Source: Sphyrna mokarran (taxonomy: Eukaryota). Taken from it: a DNA stretch of 64,000 nt. The stretch is from contig JAGIQG010000040.1 in the NCBI GenBank assembly GCA_024679065.1, forward strand, positions 4,154,001 through 4,218,000, written 5' to 3'. The notes beneath the pieces are model-generated. The model saw nothing but the letters and a program-made list of their open reading frames with translations. It searched no databases and was not told the origin of the DNA. The position numbers and the translations under genes are program-made. This document shows positions 51,971 to 63,560 of the stretch, piece after piece. Each line of letters starts with the position of its first letter. Position 1 is the first letter of the stretch.

Positions 51971-53789
51971 ATTTTACAAGTACCATGTTACCAAGTCCCT
52001 AACAATAAGATTTCTAATATTTCACCTACAACTGATGTTAACTGTTCTAGATCCCCCATTTTCTCTCCTTCTACTTTCTGGACTAGTGAGGTTAATGTTT
52101 GTTAACTTATGATCCTTGGGAAGTGTTCTAGAGTTTAAGGAATTCTGGAAGATCAAACTAAAGCAGCAATTATTTCTGAAGCTCCCTCTTCTAAATCCCC
52201 AAGATGGAAGTTGTCTGGTCCAAGGAATTTGTCACCATTTAGTCCCATTAATTTCTGCAGTCTCTATTTCTAGAAGACCCTCATTCTTATTCCACAAGCG
52301 AGTGTGAAACCTGTGTTTCCAAAGCCACCACAGCTTTAGACTTGTGCAGCTCCCACCATTAATCAATCAAACCCATTTTGATGGGAATTAAATGGCTTGT
52401 TTCAGTTTTTAAAACTTTTATTCACATTGCACTTGTCAGAAAGGATCATTCAATTCACAACTTTTCTGTAAAATTCCATAAAATGATGTCAGAATTTGTC
52501 TATCTGTTTTTTTCATTATTACTGAGATTTGATGAACTGCATTACAACTCGAACAATATTGGATTGGTGACAAATGTTTAAAAATGGCTCTTTCTTGTAT
52601 TAAAGTTCCAGTCCCCTTGCACTAACCCTTTGGTTCCTCATTATTAGAATTTTTCTTTTGTCTTCTACCATGAAGACAGATAGATAGGGTATTTGTTGCA
52701 TTTCTCTGCCATTTCCTTATTCCCCATTATATTTTCCCTTTTATCTGCCTCTCATAGAGAATGTTTACTTTCACTCACTTCTCCCTATTCACATGCCTAG
52801 TGAAACATTTAAAACTCTACTTTGTAAACTCTTACTGGTCTATCCCTAAAAAGGGAATTGAGCTCAGAAGTGATTTTACAACAGTTTATTGAGAAGGAAC
52901 ATTTAAAACAAGATGCATCAGTTAAACAGACAGGAAAAGTACCTGACCTGTGAGAGAGGTTTACAAATCCCAGAGGACAAGCAGATGACTGAAGCCAAGT
53001 GAATGTTGATGTCCATAGCTGATATCTATGGAAAGTTCACTTCAATGACCCTGATTGTCGATGTTGGGGAGAAACCAGTTAATTTGAAACCTCTTTGCTC
53101 TTGAGGGCCTATTTTAACCTTTACATGTAGTTAGCTACCATAAGAACTAATGGTATCGGGGTTAAAAATGTCTTGCTTCACGGCTTGTGTTAGACACAGG
53201 TCCTTGGCAGGGAGAAAGCTTGCCATGTTTGTTAGCTGGGACAAGCTTTCTTCCGAAGTCAGAGGAAGGGCTTTTTCTATAATATTCCATCAGTATGCAA
53301 AAATTTTATAAGGCTATTAGATGGTGATTTTTTTCCAATCTGTTACTTGGATTCAACTTATCGCCATTCCTGTGCTGGCACTGCAGGGGCTGAGTGCATT
53401 ATTGACCTTAATAATCATATTTTAATTTAATGTTTTTAAGTTTCCTTTGTACTTTGATTTTGTTTGGGCTGTTCCCCTCCTTTTGGGGAACTGTCCCTTT
53501 CACTTTGTCTGATTTAACTTGAGTTTGTTTATTTAGTTTGACCTTAAAAGAGGCCATTCCTGTGCTGAGAAAATTTCTGTTCCAAATTTAATGGGTGACA
53601 TTTGGAGACTCTTGATTCTCCACCAATTTCCCATTCCCCTTCTTTCTGATGGATAATGGCAGCGTCACTGTGTGTAATGTGCAAGTGAGTAAGAATTCTC
53701 AGTAAGGATTAATCAGCACTTTCTAATTGGAGATGTTCATCAGTGCAACCTCTCAGATACTGAGTAGCAGAATTCGGGCCAAGATCAGT

Positions 53790-54092
53790 AGGGGGACACG
53801 GTAACACAGTGGTTCGCACTGCTGCCTCACAGTGCCAGGACTCAGGTTCCATTCCCAACTTGGGTCACTATTTGTGTGGAATCTGCATGTTCTCCCCATG
53901 TCTGCATGGGTTTTCTCCAGGTGCTCTGGTTTCCTCACACAGTCTGAAAGACGGGCTGGTTAGGTGCATTGGCCATAGTAAATTCTCCCTGTGTACCCAA
54001 ACAGGCGACTGGGGTATTTTTTTTTTTACAGTAACTTCATTGCAGTGTTAATGTAAGTCTACTTGTGACACTAATAAAGAAACTTAACTTAA
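53790..54092 (+). mobile_element. tRNA-derived SINE
   Basis: cacggtaacacagtggttcgcactgctgcctcacagtgccagga head and family tail. Confidence 0.75.
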
Positions 54093-54317
54093 ACAATTTG
54101 AGATTGAAGTAAAAGTTATAAATCTTGTTGTAAACTCATTTCTGATGGACAGCAGTAACTGCAACCCCAGAAGCACAATCACCTCTTGATCCAGAATATT
54201 AACCTCCAGCCGAGTTATTGGCTGTATTAACATCAGCAGAACAAACTCCTGCTGTCAGAATGAAAGGACCTGGTTGCCATTAACAGCAGCAATAACAGCA
54301 GAATCCAATCCCTGCCG

Positions 54318-55019
54318 TCACTTGTGAACTCGCTGGTGTTTCAGCAGCTGAGATGAATCAATGAATCCCTTCCCACACTCGGAGCAGGAGAACGGCCTCT
54401 CCCCAGTGTGAACCCGTTCATGTCTCAGCAGTTGGCATGAATCAGTGAATCCCTTCCCACACATGGAGCAGGTGAATGGCTTCTCCCCGGTGTGAGCTCG
54501 CTGGTGTACCGTGAGACTGCCCGAGTGTCTGAAATTCTTTCCACAGTCAGTGCAGCTGAATGGTTTCTCCCCGGAGTGAACTCGCTGGTGTTTCAGCAGA
54601 GTGGACGAAAGTTTAAAGCTCATTCCACAGTCAGTGCAGCTGAATGGTTTCTCCCCGGAGTGAACTCGCTGGTGTGCCACTAGGTTCGAGGAATTAATGA
54701 ATCCCTTCCCACACACAGAGCAGGTGAACGGCCTCTCCCCGCTGTGAACCCGCCGGTGTAATGCTAGATTGTATGACTGAATGAACCTTTTCCCACACAC
54801 AGAGCAGCTAAACGGCCTTTCCCCAGTGTGAACACGCTGGTGTAACGCTAGGTTGGATGACTGAGTGAAATCCTTCCCACATATGGAGCAGGTGAAGGGT
54901 CTCTCCCCAGTGTGGGTGCGTCGATGAGTTTCCAGTTTGGATGGGCAAGTGAATGCTTTCCCACAGTCTCCGCATATCCACGGTTTCTCTGTAGTATCAG
55001 TGTCTTCATGTCTCTCCAT
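54318..55019 (-). CDS. C2H2 zinc-finger protein, 8 fingers
   Basis: Finger repeats; internal finger duplication [13 protein letters not shown] x2. Confidence 0.9.
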   Translation of the reverse strand: MERHEDTDTTEKPWICGDCGKAFTCPSKLETHRRTHTGERPFTCSICGKDFTQSSNLALHQRVHTGERPFSCSVCGKRFIQSYNLALHRRVHSGERPFTCSVCGKGFINSSNLVAHQRVHSGEKPFSCTDCGMSFKLSSTLLKHQRVHSGEKPFSCTDCGKNFRHSGSLTVHQRAHTGEKPFTCSMCGKGFTDSCQLLRHERVHTGERPFSCSECGKGFIDSSQLLKHQRVHK

Positions 55020-55479
55020 GTTGATGATCAGATGAAGCCTCGTCTAAACATACAACACGTGTACATTTCCCCTCACTGAATGGTGATGTTGTTTCAGGCT
55101 GTGTAACTGTTTAAAGCTCTTTCCACAGTTCACTAGAACACTCTCACTCGGGTGTGCATGTGTCTCAGTGCTTTTTCAGTCACACTGATGTTTGAAATCT
55201 TTTCCCACAGAGAAAACAAACAAACATTTCTCCTTCCACATTCCAAGTATGATGATATCCAGGTCCTCGGAATTGAGTGATTCTGTCAGATCTTGATGTG
55301 ATGTTTAGTTTCAGATTCCCCCATCTGCAATCCTCAACTTTAATACCTGTAAAAACCATCAAAAAAAGTCATTACTGACAGTCCGTGATAGAAATTCTAA
55401 ACAGACAATTCTAGTTTCTTCGCAATTTTTTTCCTCTCAAACCCCCAGAGTTGCAGATTCCCATCCCACACACTCTCCC

Positions 55480-56240
55480 TTAAAGTTTATTAATTAGTCA
55501 CAAGTAAGGCTTACATTAACATTGCAATGAAATTCCCTTCATTGCCAGCACCTGTTTGGATCAATGCACCAAACTAGCACATCTTTCCAACTGTAGGAGG
55601 AAACCGGAGCATCCAGAGAAAACCCATGCAGACACAGAGAGAACATGCAACTCCACACAGTGACCCGAGCTGGGAATCAAACCCAGGACCCTGGCACTGT
55701 GAGGAAGCAGTGCTACCCACTGTACTACCATGCCACCCCTACTAAGTGTACTGAGATGATTTATGACATTTTAAATAGAAATTATTATTGGCTTTAACTC
55801 TGACCTCCTGTTTTATAAACAACCTATGATTTCGCAACAAACATTAGCTCTGATGTTTTGTTTGTTGATGGCTAATCCATTTGGTTTTGCCTTTTGTAAA
55901 GATGGCCAATCTTAATGTCTAAGAATGTAGCCTCGCAAATTGAGGGATTAAAATCACAAGTAAGCTTATATTAACACTGTAATAGAGATACTATGATAAT
56001 CCCCTCTTGCGACATATCAGTGCCTATTCAGTTACACTGAGGGAGAATTTAGCCTGGCCAATCCACCTAACTAGCACGTCTTTCAGACTGTGGGAGGAAA
56101 CCGGAGCACAAGGAGGAAACCCACGCAGACACGGGGAGAATGTACAGCCTCCACACAGACAGTATCCCGGGCTGGGAATTGAACCCAGCTCTCTGGCGCT
56201 GTGAGACAGCAGTGCTAACCCACTGTACCACCCTGCCCCG
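55480..56240 (-). mobile_element. Two SINE copies (~55480-55740, ~55950-56240)
   Basis: Reverse-strand SINE motifs gggaggaaaccggagca...gctgtgagacagcagtgctaac. Confidence 0.7.
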
Positions 56241-56395
56241 AGATCCAGCATCTGGCCGACACCAGAAGCCTCACCCCCCGGATCCATTTATGTTTCCGGT
56301 TTGATTTCGGGCTGTGGATCCGCATCATTTAAAATTCCCATTTAAAACCCGCTGGTTCCAGCTCCTCACCGCCTGCGGATCCACAATGTTTCCAA

Positions 56396-57160
56396 ATCCT
56401 CCAGTGGCTGAGCCAGGATGTTGTGCCGTTAATCTGGGCCTGTTCCCGGGAGGGAAGGAGAAGCCCCGCAGCTGCAAACCAGGGAACTGACAATGATTTT
56501 GAAGGGTTTGCGGATCCACAAAGTGTTTCCAGACCCTCCGAGCCACCGCCTAACGCTGACTCCGCTTCTCCGGGACAAACAAGCGCCAATGACAGCAATG
56601 ACACTGCGCATGATCCGCATCACAATGCCCGGGGACTGATTGACGGCGAGTCCTGACCAATAGGAAGAGAAGGCGGGGCTGGCGGACCGAGCGGGAGCAG
56701 CTGGTCTTCCAACCAATCGGAGTGAATGAGGGGCGGGACTGGAGGACCGAGCTGGCGCGAGTAGTCCTCCAACCAATCGGAGTGAATGAGGGACGGGGCT
56801 GAAGGATCGAGCGGGTGCGGCTAATCCTCCAACCAATCGGAGTGAATGAAGGGCGGAGCTGGAGGTCTCACCAGGAGCGGCTGGTCCTCCAACCAATCGG
56901 AGTAAAGGAGGGCGGGGCTGGAGACCAACACTCAGAAGAAACCAGGTGAATGTGGAGCAAACGTTGCAGCAGCGGAGGGGGAGGCGCTGGAACCGGCGGC
57001 TGGATATTGGGGAGGGTCTGGAAACACTTTGTGGATCGGCAAACCCTTCAGAATCATTGTCAGCTCCCTGGTTTGTAGCTGCGGGGCTTCTCCCTCCCTC
57101 CCTCCCTCCCGGGAATAGGCCCAGGTTGACGGCCCCATCCTGGCTCAGCCACTGGAGGAT
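56396..57160. promoter_or_regulatory. Bidirectional promoter cassette 2: inverted arms 56396-56539 / 57011-57160; four 60-bp CCAAT+GC-box units
   Basis: ccaaccaatcggagt at 56709, 56769, 56829, 56889; between divergent ZNF genes. Confidence 0.82.
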
Positions 57161-58485
57161 GGTTCACATCAGAGGATGGGGGAGGGGGACAGTAAATAAG
57201 AGATTACACTTTGGCCTCAAATTAATGAGGACTCTGATCTCTGGGAAGGAAGGAAACCCTGGGAGGTGAGCAAGGAGGATTCACAAACACCCGCTGGAGG
57301 CCCCAGCATCCCCAATAAGACCCATTGGTTTTATTGTCAGTCTGCAGACAGGAGCTGGAGAACTGAACCCAGACAGAGGAGAGGGAGGGAGAAAACTGGG
57401 AGTGGAGGAAAGAGAATTGTCTGTTCATTGTTTCTATTGTGAGCTGATTTTTAAAATTGTTTTTACACACAGTTACAATTTGACGATTAACACACAGAAA
57501 ATTTAACCCCAAGAGAAATATTTGTCTCTTTGTAATTTATATTCTGCATTGGTTGTAATTTTTTTTCGTAAACAGAGATTACAGCTTTCCGGAAAGATTA
57601 AATGGATTGAAGTTTTTTTTCCCTATAGAGCAGTGATCTGATAGAAGTCTTTAAAATTATCAGTGCCTTGGAGAAATGTGGAGAGAATGCTTCCACTTGT
57701 GACAGAGTCTAAAAGGAGCAACAATCAGTAAACAAACAGTCATAAATACTAGATAGTTACTACCAAATCCAGGCAGGCAATAAGGATAAATTTCTTCACT
57801 CTCGGGTTTAGAATTACCAGAGAAATGAGTTGAGGAAATTGCTGAGATTGTTTGTTTCAAAAGGAAATGGGAGAAGCGCACAAGAGAAAAAGAAATAGAA
57901 AAATCAACTGAAAGACTGAGATGAGATACATGGGGCAGGAGAAGATGTGTCAAGTATAAAGAATTAAACTGATTTGTTTGAGTCTTGTATATTCAAAGTA
58001 ATTCAATATAAACTCCTTTTCCAGAATATCTGCAGACGGGCGATTCAAACCAAACCTCTCAGGATCTGACAGTGTCACACAATTCTTCAGGATCTGAATA
58101 TCAAAGGCCGATGAATGTGGAAGGAGAAATGTTTGCCTGTTTTATCTTTGGGAAATTATTCAACATCATTGTGACTGGAAAAGCCCCGAGACTCAGACAT
58201 CTCCATTATTTTTCCCCAGCTGGAACAGATCTTTAACCAGTCAGAGTGAAAAGAAATAACGCATTTACATCAGGTAGACACCGTACTCGTGTTCTTTGTG
58301 TGGACCTGGTTTTTAACTGATTGGATAACCTGGAGAGACATGAGGACACTTGCATCGTGTGAACAAGGAGCAGCAACAGGCCATTCAGCCCCACAGGCCA
58401 GTTCCACCATTTAATAACATCATGGCTGATCTGATAGTCAGCTTGAATCTGCATTCCGCCTACGCCCGATAGCCTGTCAATAATC

Positions 58486-59634
58486 ATGGAGAAACCGTGG
58501 AAATGTGCGGACTGTGGGATGGGATTCAATTACCCATCTGAATTGGAAACCCATCGACGTATTCACACTGGGGAGAGACCATTCACCTGCTGTGTGTGTG
58601 GGAAGGGATTCACTCAGTCATCCAGCCTGTACACACACCAGCATGTCCACACTGGGGAGAGGCCGTTCACCTGTCTTCAATGTGGGAAGGGATTTAATGC
58701 CTTGTCAAACCTCCGGACTCACCACCAGGTTCACTCTGATCAGAGACCGTTTAAATGTTCCGATTGTGAGAAGAGCTTTAAAAGCAGAAAGGATTTATTG
58801 ATTCACCAACGCACTCACACTGGGGAGAGGCCGTTCATCTGCAACACGTGTGGGAAGGGATTCACTCAGTCGTCCCACCTCCTGACACACCAAAGTGTTC
58901 ACACTGATCAGAGACCATTTAAATGTTCTGACTGTGAGAAGAACTTTAAAAGCAGAAAGGATTTACTGATTCATCAACGCACTCACACTGGGGAGAGGCC
59001 GTTCATCTGCCCCGTGTGTGGGAAGGGATTCACTTGTTCATCGCAGCTCCTGAAACACCGATTTGTTCACACTGATCAGAGACCTATCAATTGTTCTGAA
59101 TGTGAGAAAACGTTTAAAAGCAGAAAGGATCTTCTGAAACACCAGCACACTCACACTGGGGAGAGGCCGTTCACCTGCTCTCTCTGTGGGAAGGGATTCA
59201 CTCGATTAGCCCACCTTCTGAGACACCATCGAGTTCACACTGGGGAGAGGCCGTTCACCTGCCCTGTGTGTTGTCAGGAATTCACTGATACATCCGACCT
59301 TCTGATACACCGGCGAGTTCACACTGGAGAGAGACCTTACAGTTGCCTCCTGTGCGACAAGAGGTTCACTCAGTCATCCCACCTGACTACACACCAACTT
59401 GTTCACACTGATCAGAGACCTTTTGAGTGTTCTGATTGTGAGAAGAGATTTAAAAGTAAACAGAACCTGCTGAAACACCAGCAAGTTCACACTGGGGAAA
59501 GGCCGTTCAACTGTTCCATGTGTGGGAAGGGATTCGCTCAGTCAAACAACCTGCTGAAACACCAGCAAGTTCACAGGCGACAGCAGGGGTTGGATTCTGC
59601 TGTTATTGCTGCTGATTATCACGTCGAGGACTGA
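58486..59634 (+). CDS. C2H2 zinc-finger protein, 13 fingers plus C-terminal tail RRQQGLDSAVIAADYHVED
   Basis: Finger repeats; internal two-finger duplications (SDQRPFKCSDCEK.FKSRKDLL). Confidence 0.9.
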   Translation: MEKPWKCADCGMGFNYPSELETHRRIHTGERPFTCCVCGKGFTQSSSLYTHQHVHTGERPFTCLQCGKGFNALSNLRTHHQVHSDQRPFKCSDCEKSFKSRKDLLIHQRTHTGERPFICNTCGKGFTQSSHLLTHQSVHTDQRPFKCSDCEKNFKSRKDLLIHQRTHTGERPFICPVCGKGFTCSSQLLKHRFVHTDQRPINCSECEKTFKSRKDLLKHQHTHTGERPFTCSLCGKGFTRLAHLLRHHRVHTGERPFTCPVCCQEFTDTSDLLIHRRVHTGERPYSCLLCDKRFTQSSHLTTHQLVHTDQRPFECSDCEKRFKSKQNLLKHQQVHTGERPFNCSMCGKGFAQSNNLLKHQQVHRRQQGLDSAVIAADYHVED

Positions 59635-60114
59635 ATAGTGTCTGGTTACCAGTGAGGTTCCACTGTTTTGTGATATATATCAATGACTTAGACTTAAATG
59701 TAAGGGTTATAATTCAGTTTGTAGACGATACAACAATTGTATTTGTGTTTAACAATCCAGAAGAAAGCTGTGGACTGCAGGAAGATATCAGTGGGCTGGT
59801 CAGATAGACAGAAAAATGGCCCATGGAATTCGATCTGGAGCAGTGAGAGAGAATGAATTTGGGACATTAGACAAGACATAGGAATGAACAATAAAGGGGA
59901 TGATGCTGAGAATTATAGAGGATCAGAGAGAACCTGGAGTTAATATCCAGGCATCTGTGAAGGAGGCTGGGCAGGTAGATCATCAGATGTAGGAACAGAA
60001 TTAGGCCATTGAGTCTGCTCTGTCATTCAGTCAAGGCTGATGAGTTTCTCAATCGGGTGGTCAAGAAGACATTTGGCCCACGCCTGGTATATAAGAGGAG
60101 GGAGATTATGCTCA

Positions 60115-61180
60115 AACTGAAGCAGAGAGTGGGAATAAATGGATCCTTTTCAGAGCGACAAGCAGCGATTAGTGGGTACCACAGGGTTCAGTGCTGCAAC
60201 CCCAGCTGTTCATAATATACATCAATAATTTGGATGAAGGAATTGAATCTAATATCTGCAATTTTCAGATGACACTAAGCTGGGTGGCAATATGTGCTGT
60301 GAGGAGGATCCTAAGAGGCTACAGGGTGACTTGGACAGGCTGAGTTGGCAGATACTTGGCAAATGCAACATAATGTGGATAAATGTGAGATTATCAACTT
60401 TGGTGGCAAAAACAGGAAGAAAGATTATTATCTGAACGGTGGCAGTTTAGGAAAAGGGGAAGTGCAGCGTGAGCCGGGTGTCATGGTGGGACAGTTGCTG
60501 AAGGTTGGCACGCAGGTACAGCAGGCAGTGAGGGAAGCTAATGGCACGCTGGCCTTCATAGCAAGAGGATTTGAGTACAGGAGGAAAGATGTTTTGCTGC
60601 AGTTGTACAGAGCCTTGGGGAAGCCACACCTTGAGTATTGTGTGCAGTTTTGGTCTCCTGGACTGAGGAAGGACGTTCTTGCTATTGAAGGAGTCCAGTG
60701 AAGGTTCACCAGACTGATTCCTGGAATGGCAGGACTGACAAATAGAGAGACTGGATCGACTGGGTTTGTACTCACTAAATTTAGAAGAATGAGAGGGGAT
60801 TTCATCGAAACAGATAAAATCCTGATGGCACTGGACAGGCTAGCGGCAGGAAAAATGTTCCTGAATTTGGGGAAGTCCAGAACTAGGAGTCACAGTCTAA
60901 GAATAAGGGGTAAGCAATTCAGGACTGAGATAAGGAAGAACTTCTTCACTCAGAGTTGTGAACCTGTGGAATTCTCCACCACAGAAAACTCGAGGACCAG
61001 TTTGTGAGATATATTCAAGAGGGAGCTGGATGTGGCCCTTATGGCTAAAGGGGTCAATGGGTCTGGAGAGAAATGGGAGTGCGATATTGAAAGTGTGTGA
61101 TCAGCCATGATAATGAATGGTGGAGCAGGCTCAAAGGGCTGATTGGTCCATTCCTGCACCTATTCTCTATGTTTCTATAT
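60115..61180 (+). mobile_element. CR1-like LINE, RT C-terminal region, degraded
   Basis: DDTKLGG; WQMQHNVDKCEII; PHLEYCVQFWSP; ttctatg-like tail. Confidence 0.9.
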
Positions 61181-61194
61181 TTATATAACGATTC

Positions 61195-61830
61195 TTAGAA
61201 ATCATAGGAGGAGGCCATTCGGCCCATCAAATCTGCACTGACAACAATCCCACCCAGGCCCTATCCCCGTAACCCCATATATTTACCCCTCTAAATTATG
61301 CATCAGGGCAATTTAGCGTGGTCAGTCCACCTAACCTGCACATCTTTGGGCTGTGGGAGAAAACTGGAGGAAATCTATACAGGGATCTATACTGTAAACT
61401 CCCCACAAACAGTGACCCAAGCTGGGAATCGAATCCGGGTCTCTAGAGCTGTGAGACAGCACTGCTAAGCACCCTCGGCACCTGGAGGAAACCCATGCAG
61501 ATACAGAAAGAACGTGCAACCAGTCACCCAAAACTGGAATTGAACCGGATCCCTGGCATTCTGAGGTAGTGTTACCCACTGTCCCACAGCTCTCTATGTG
61601 AGTTTGCACATTCTCCCTGTGTCTGTATGGGTTTGCTTCGAGTGCTCCAATTTCCTCCCATATTCCAAAGATGTGCAGATTAGGTGGATTGGCTGTGCAA
61701 ATTGCCTCTTATTGTATGGGTTAGGGGAATTAATGCGGTTAATACATGGGGTTAGGGGTCAGCCTACGTAAGAGTCGGTGAGACTCAATGGGCTGAATGG
61801 CCTCTTTCTCCACTGCAGTGATTTTTATAA
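61195..61830. mobile_element. Nested SINE fragments in both orientations
   Basis: Family motifs on both strands. Confidence 0.6.
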
Positions 61831-62189
61831 GAAACATTATTTAGTATTTTTGAACCTGATTCAGCATACCCACTCTTCACAGCACATAAATTTTTCGTTA
61901 AGATTAATTGTTCCTTTATAGCCTGTGTTGTTCTGAATGATGACTTTATCCCAAATCTGCCCTAACCCTCCTGTTGGTTCATTTACTGAAACAAGGATTT
62001 TAATGGTCACAATCCCTGTTTGCTAAGTTATTCCTTTAGCCCTACGATTGCTGTGAATTGCTGTCACATCTCAGTGAGAAATGTTGATCTGTTTGTTCCA
62101 CACCCCCAGGGCTCCATCAGTTTAAAGCCACTAACAGAAAGATCCAGTTTTCTCCTGGAGTTTGACACAAAGCAGCTTTCACAATGAAG

Positions 62190-62450
62190 GCAGCACTGCT
62201 GCCTCACAGCGCCAAGGACCCAGATTCAATTCGCAGCCTGGGTCACTGTCTGTGTGGAGTTTGTACATTCTCCCCATGTCTGTGTGGGTTTCCTTCGGGT
62301 GCTCCAGTTCCCTCCTAGTCTAAAAGACGTGCTGATAAGGTGCATTGATCCAAACAGGTGCCGGACTGTGGCGTCTAAGGAAATTTTACAGTCACTTCAT
62401 TGCAGTGTTAATGTAAGCCTACTTGTGACTAATAAATAAACTTTACTTTG
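62190..62450 (+). mobile_element. tRNA-derived SINE
   Basis: gcactgctgcctcacagcgccaaggacccagattcaattc; family tail. Confidence 0.75.
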
Positions 62451-62484
62451 ATGAAGAGTTTCAGCAGGTGAGGGAGATCTGGGC

Positions 62485-62605
62485 TCAGCCTCGCTCCTCA
62501 TTCACTCCGATTGGTTGGAGGACCAGCCTCTCCCGCTCTGTCCTCCAGCCCCACCCCAGCCGTCAATCAGTCCTGGACATTGTGATGTGGAGCATGTGCA
62601 GTGCC
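62485..62605 (-). promoter_or_regulatory. Third, partial copy of the CCAAT promoter core
   Basis: cctcattcactccgattggttggaggaccagc and gccgtcaatcagtcc...cattgtgatgtgga are reverse complements of the core. Confidence 0.65.
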
Positions 62606-63349
62606 GATACTGGAGTAATGTTGTTGGAGGGAACTTCAGAGTGATTCAGATTCAGAAACTGGAGGTGAGCGGGGAGGAATGGAGCCAGTAATTGGATTTG
62701 AAAGGCTAAATAAACACCCTGTGTAGGCTGGGAATGTAGAATTGGCAGCTATAGATCCCCTGTTTGCATTGTTCGACCGCAGTTGCATTTCTATAGCAAC
62801 TTTCAGAACCACAGGATCTTCAAAAGCATTTTACAGCCAATGAAGTACATTTGAATTGTAATCTCGATTTAAGAAACTATAGATAGGTCTGGGTAATCAG
62901 ATTTTAGTTTAAACCATCAATCACTTCATACTCTATTCACTGTTACAGGTAACAATGTCAAGGAAACCAATTTGATCATGTGGCTTTCTGTAATCTCTCC
63001 ATGTTCTGTAACTTTTCTTCGTTAAGTCTGCATTTGTTTTGTATTAAAAGCCAGTTATGAGACAGATGATTATTCAGTGATGAACTTTGATTAGGTTATT
63101 ATTGATGAATCAAAGTAATAGATCATTATATTGTAACTTGCGTTTACATAGCATCTTACACATCCACAGGAAGTCCCAGAACATTTTACAGCCATTCTGA
63201 AGTGTAGTCACTGTTGTAATTTAGGGAATGTGGCAGCCAATTTACAGACGGCAAGAGCCCATGAACAATGTCCGTTGATGTGTTTTTAATGATGTTGGTG
63301 GATAGATATTGGCCTGCACTCAGGATAATTCCCCTGCTCTTCCTCAATA

Positions 63350-63560
63350 TACTGGGCGTGGGATACTTGATAAAGTGGATTCAAAATTGGCTCAGTTGTA
63401 GGAGGCAGAGGGTGATGACAGAAGGATGCTTTAGTAATTGGAGGCCAGGGTCCAGTGACATACACCTAATATTTATTATTTATATAAATGATATAGATGA
63501 CTATGTGGCGGATAGGATTGATAAGTTTGCGGATGACACAAGAATTGGCCAGGTGGTCTG
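63350..63560 (+). mobile_element. LINE RT fragment
   Basis: WIQNWLSCRRQRV...FIIYINDID...KFADDTRI. Confidence 0.8.
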
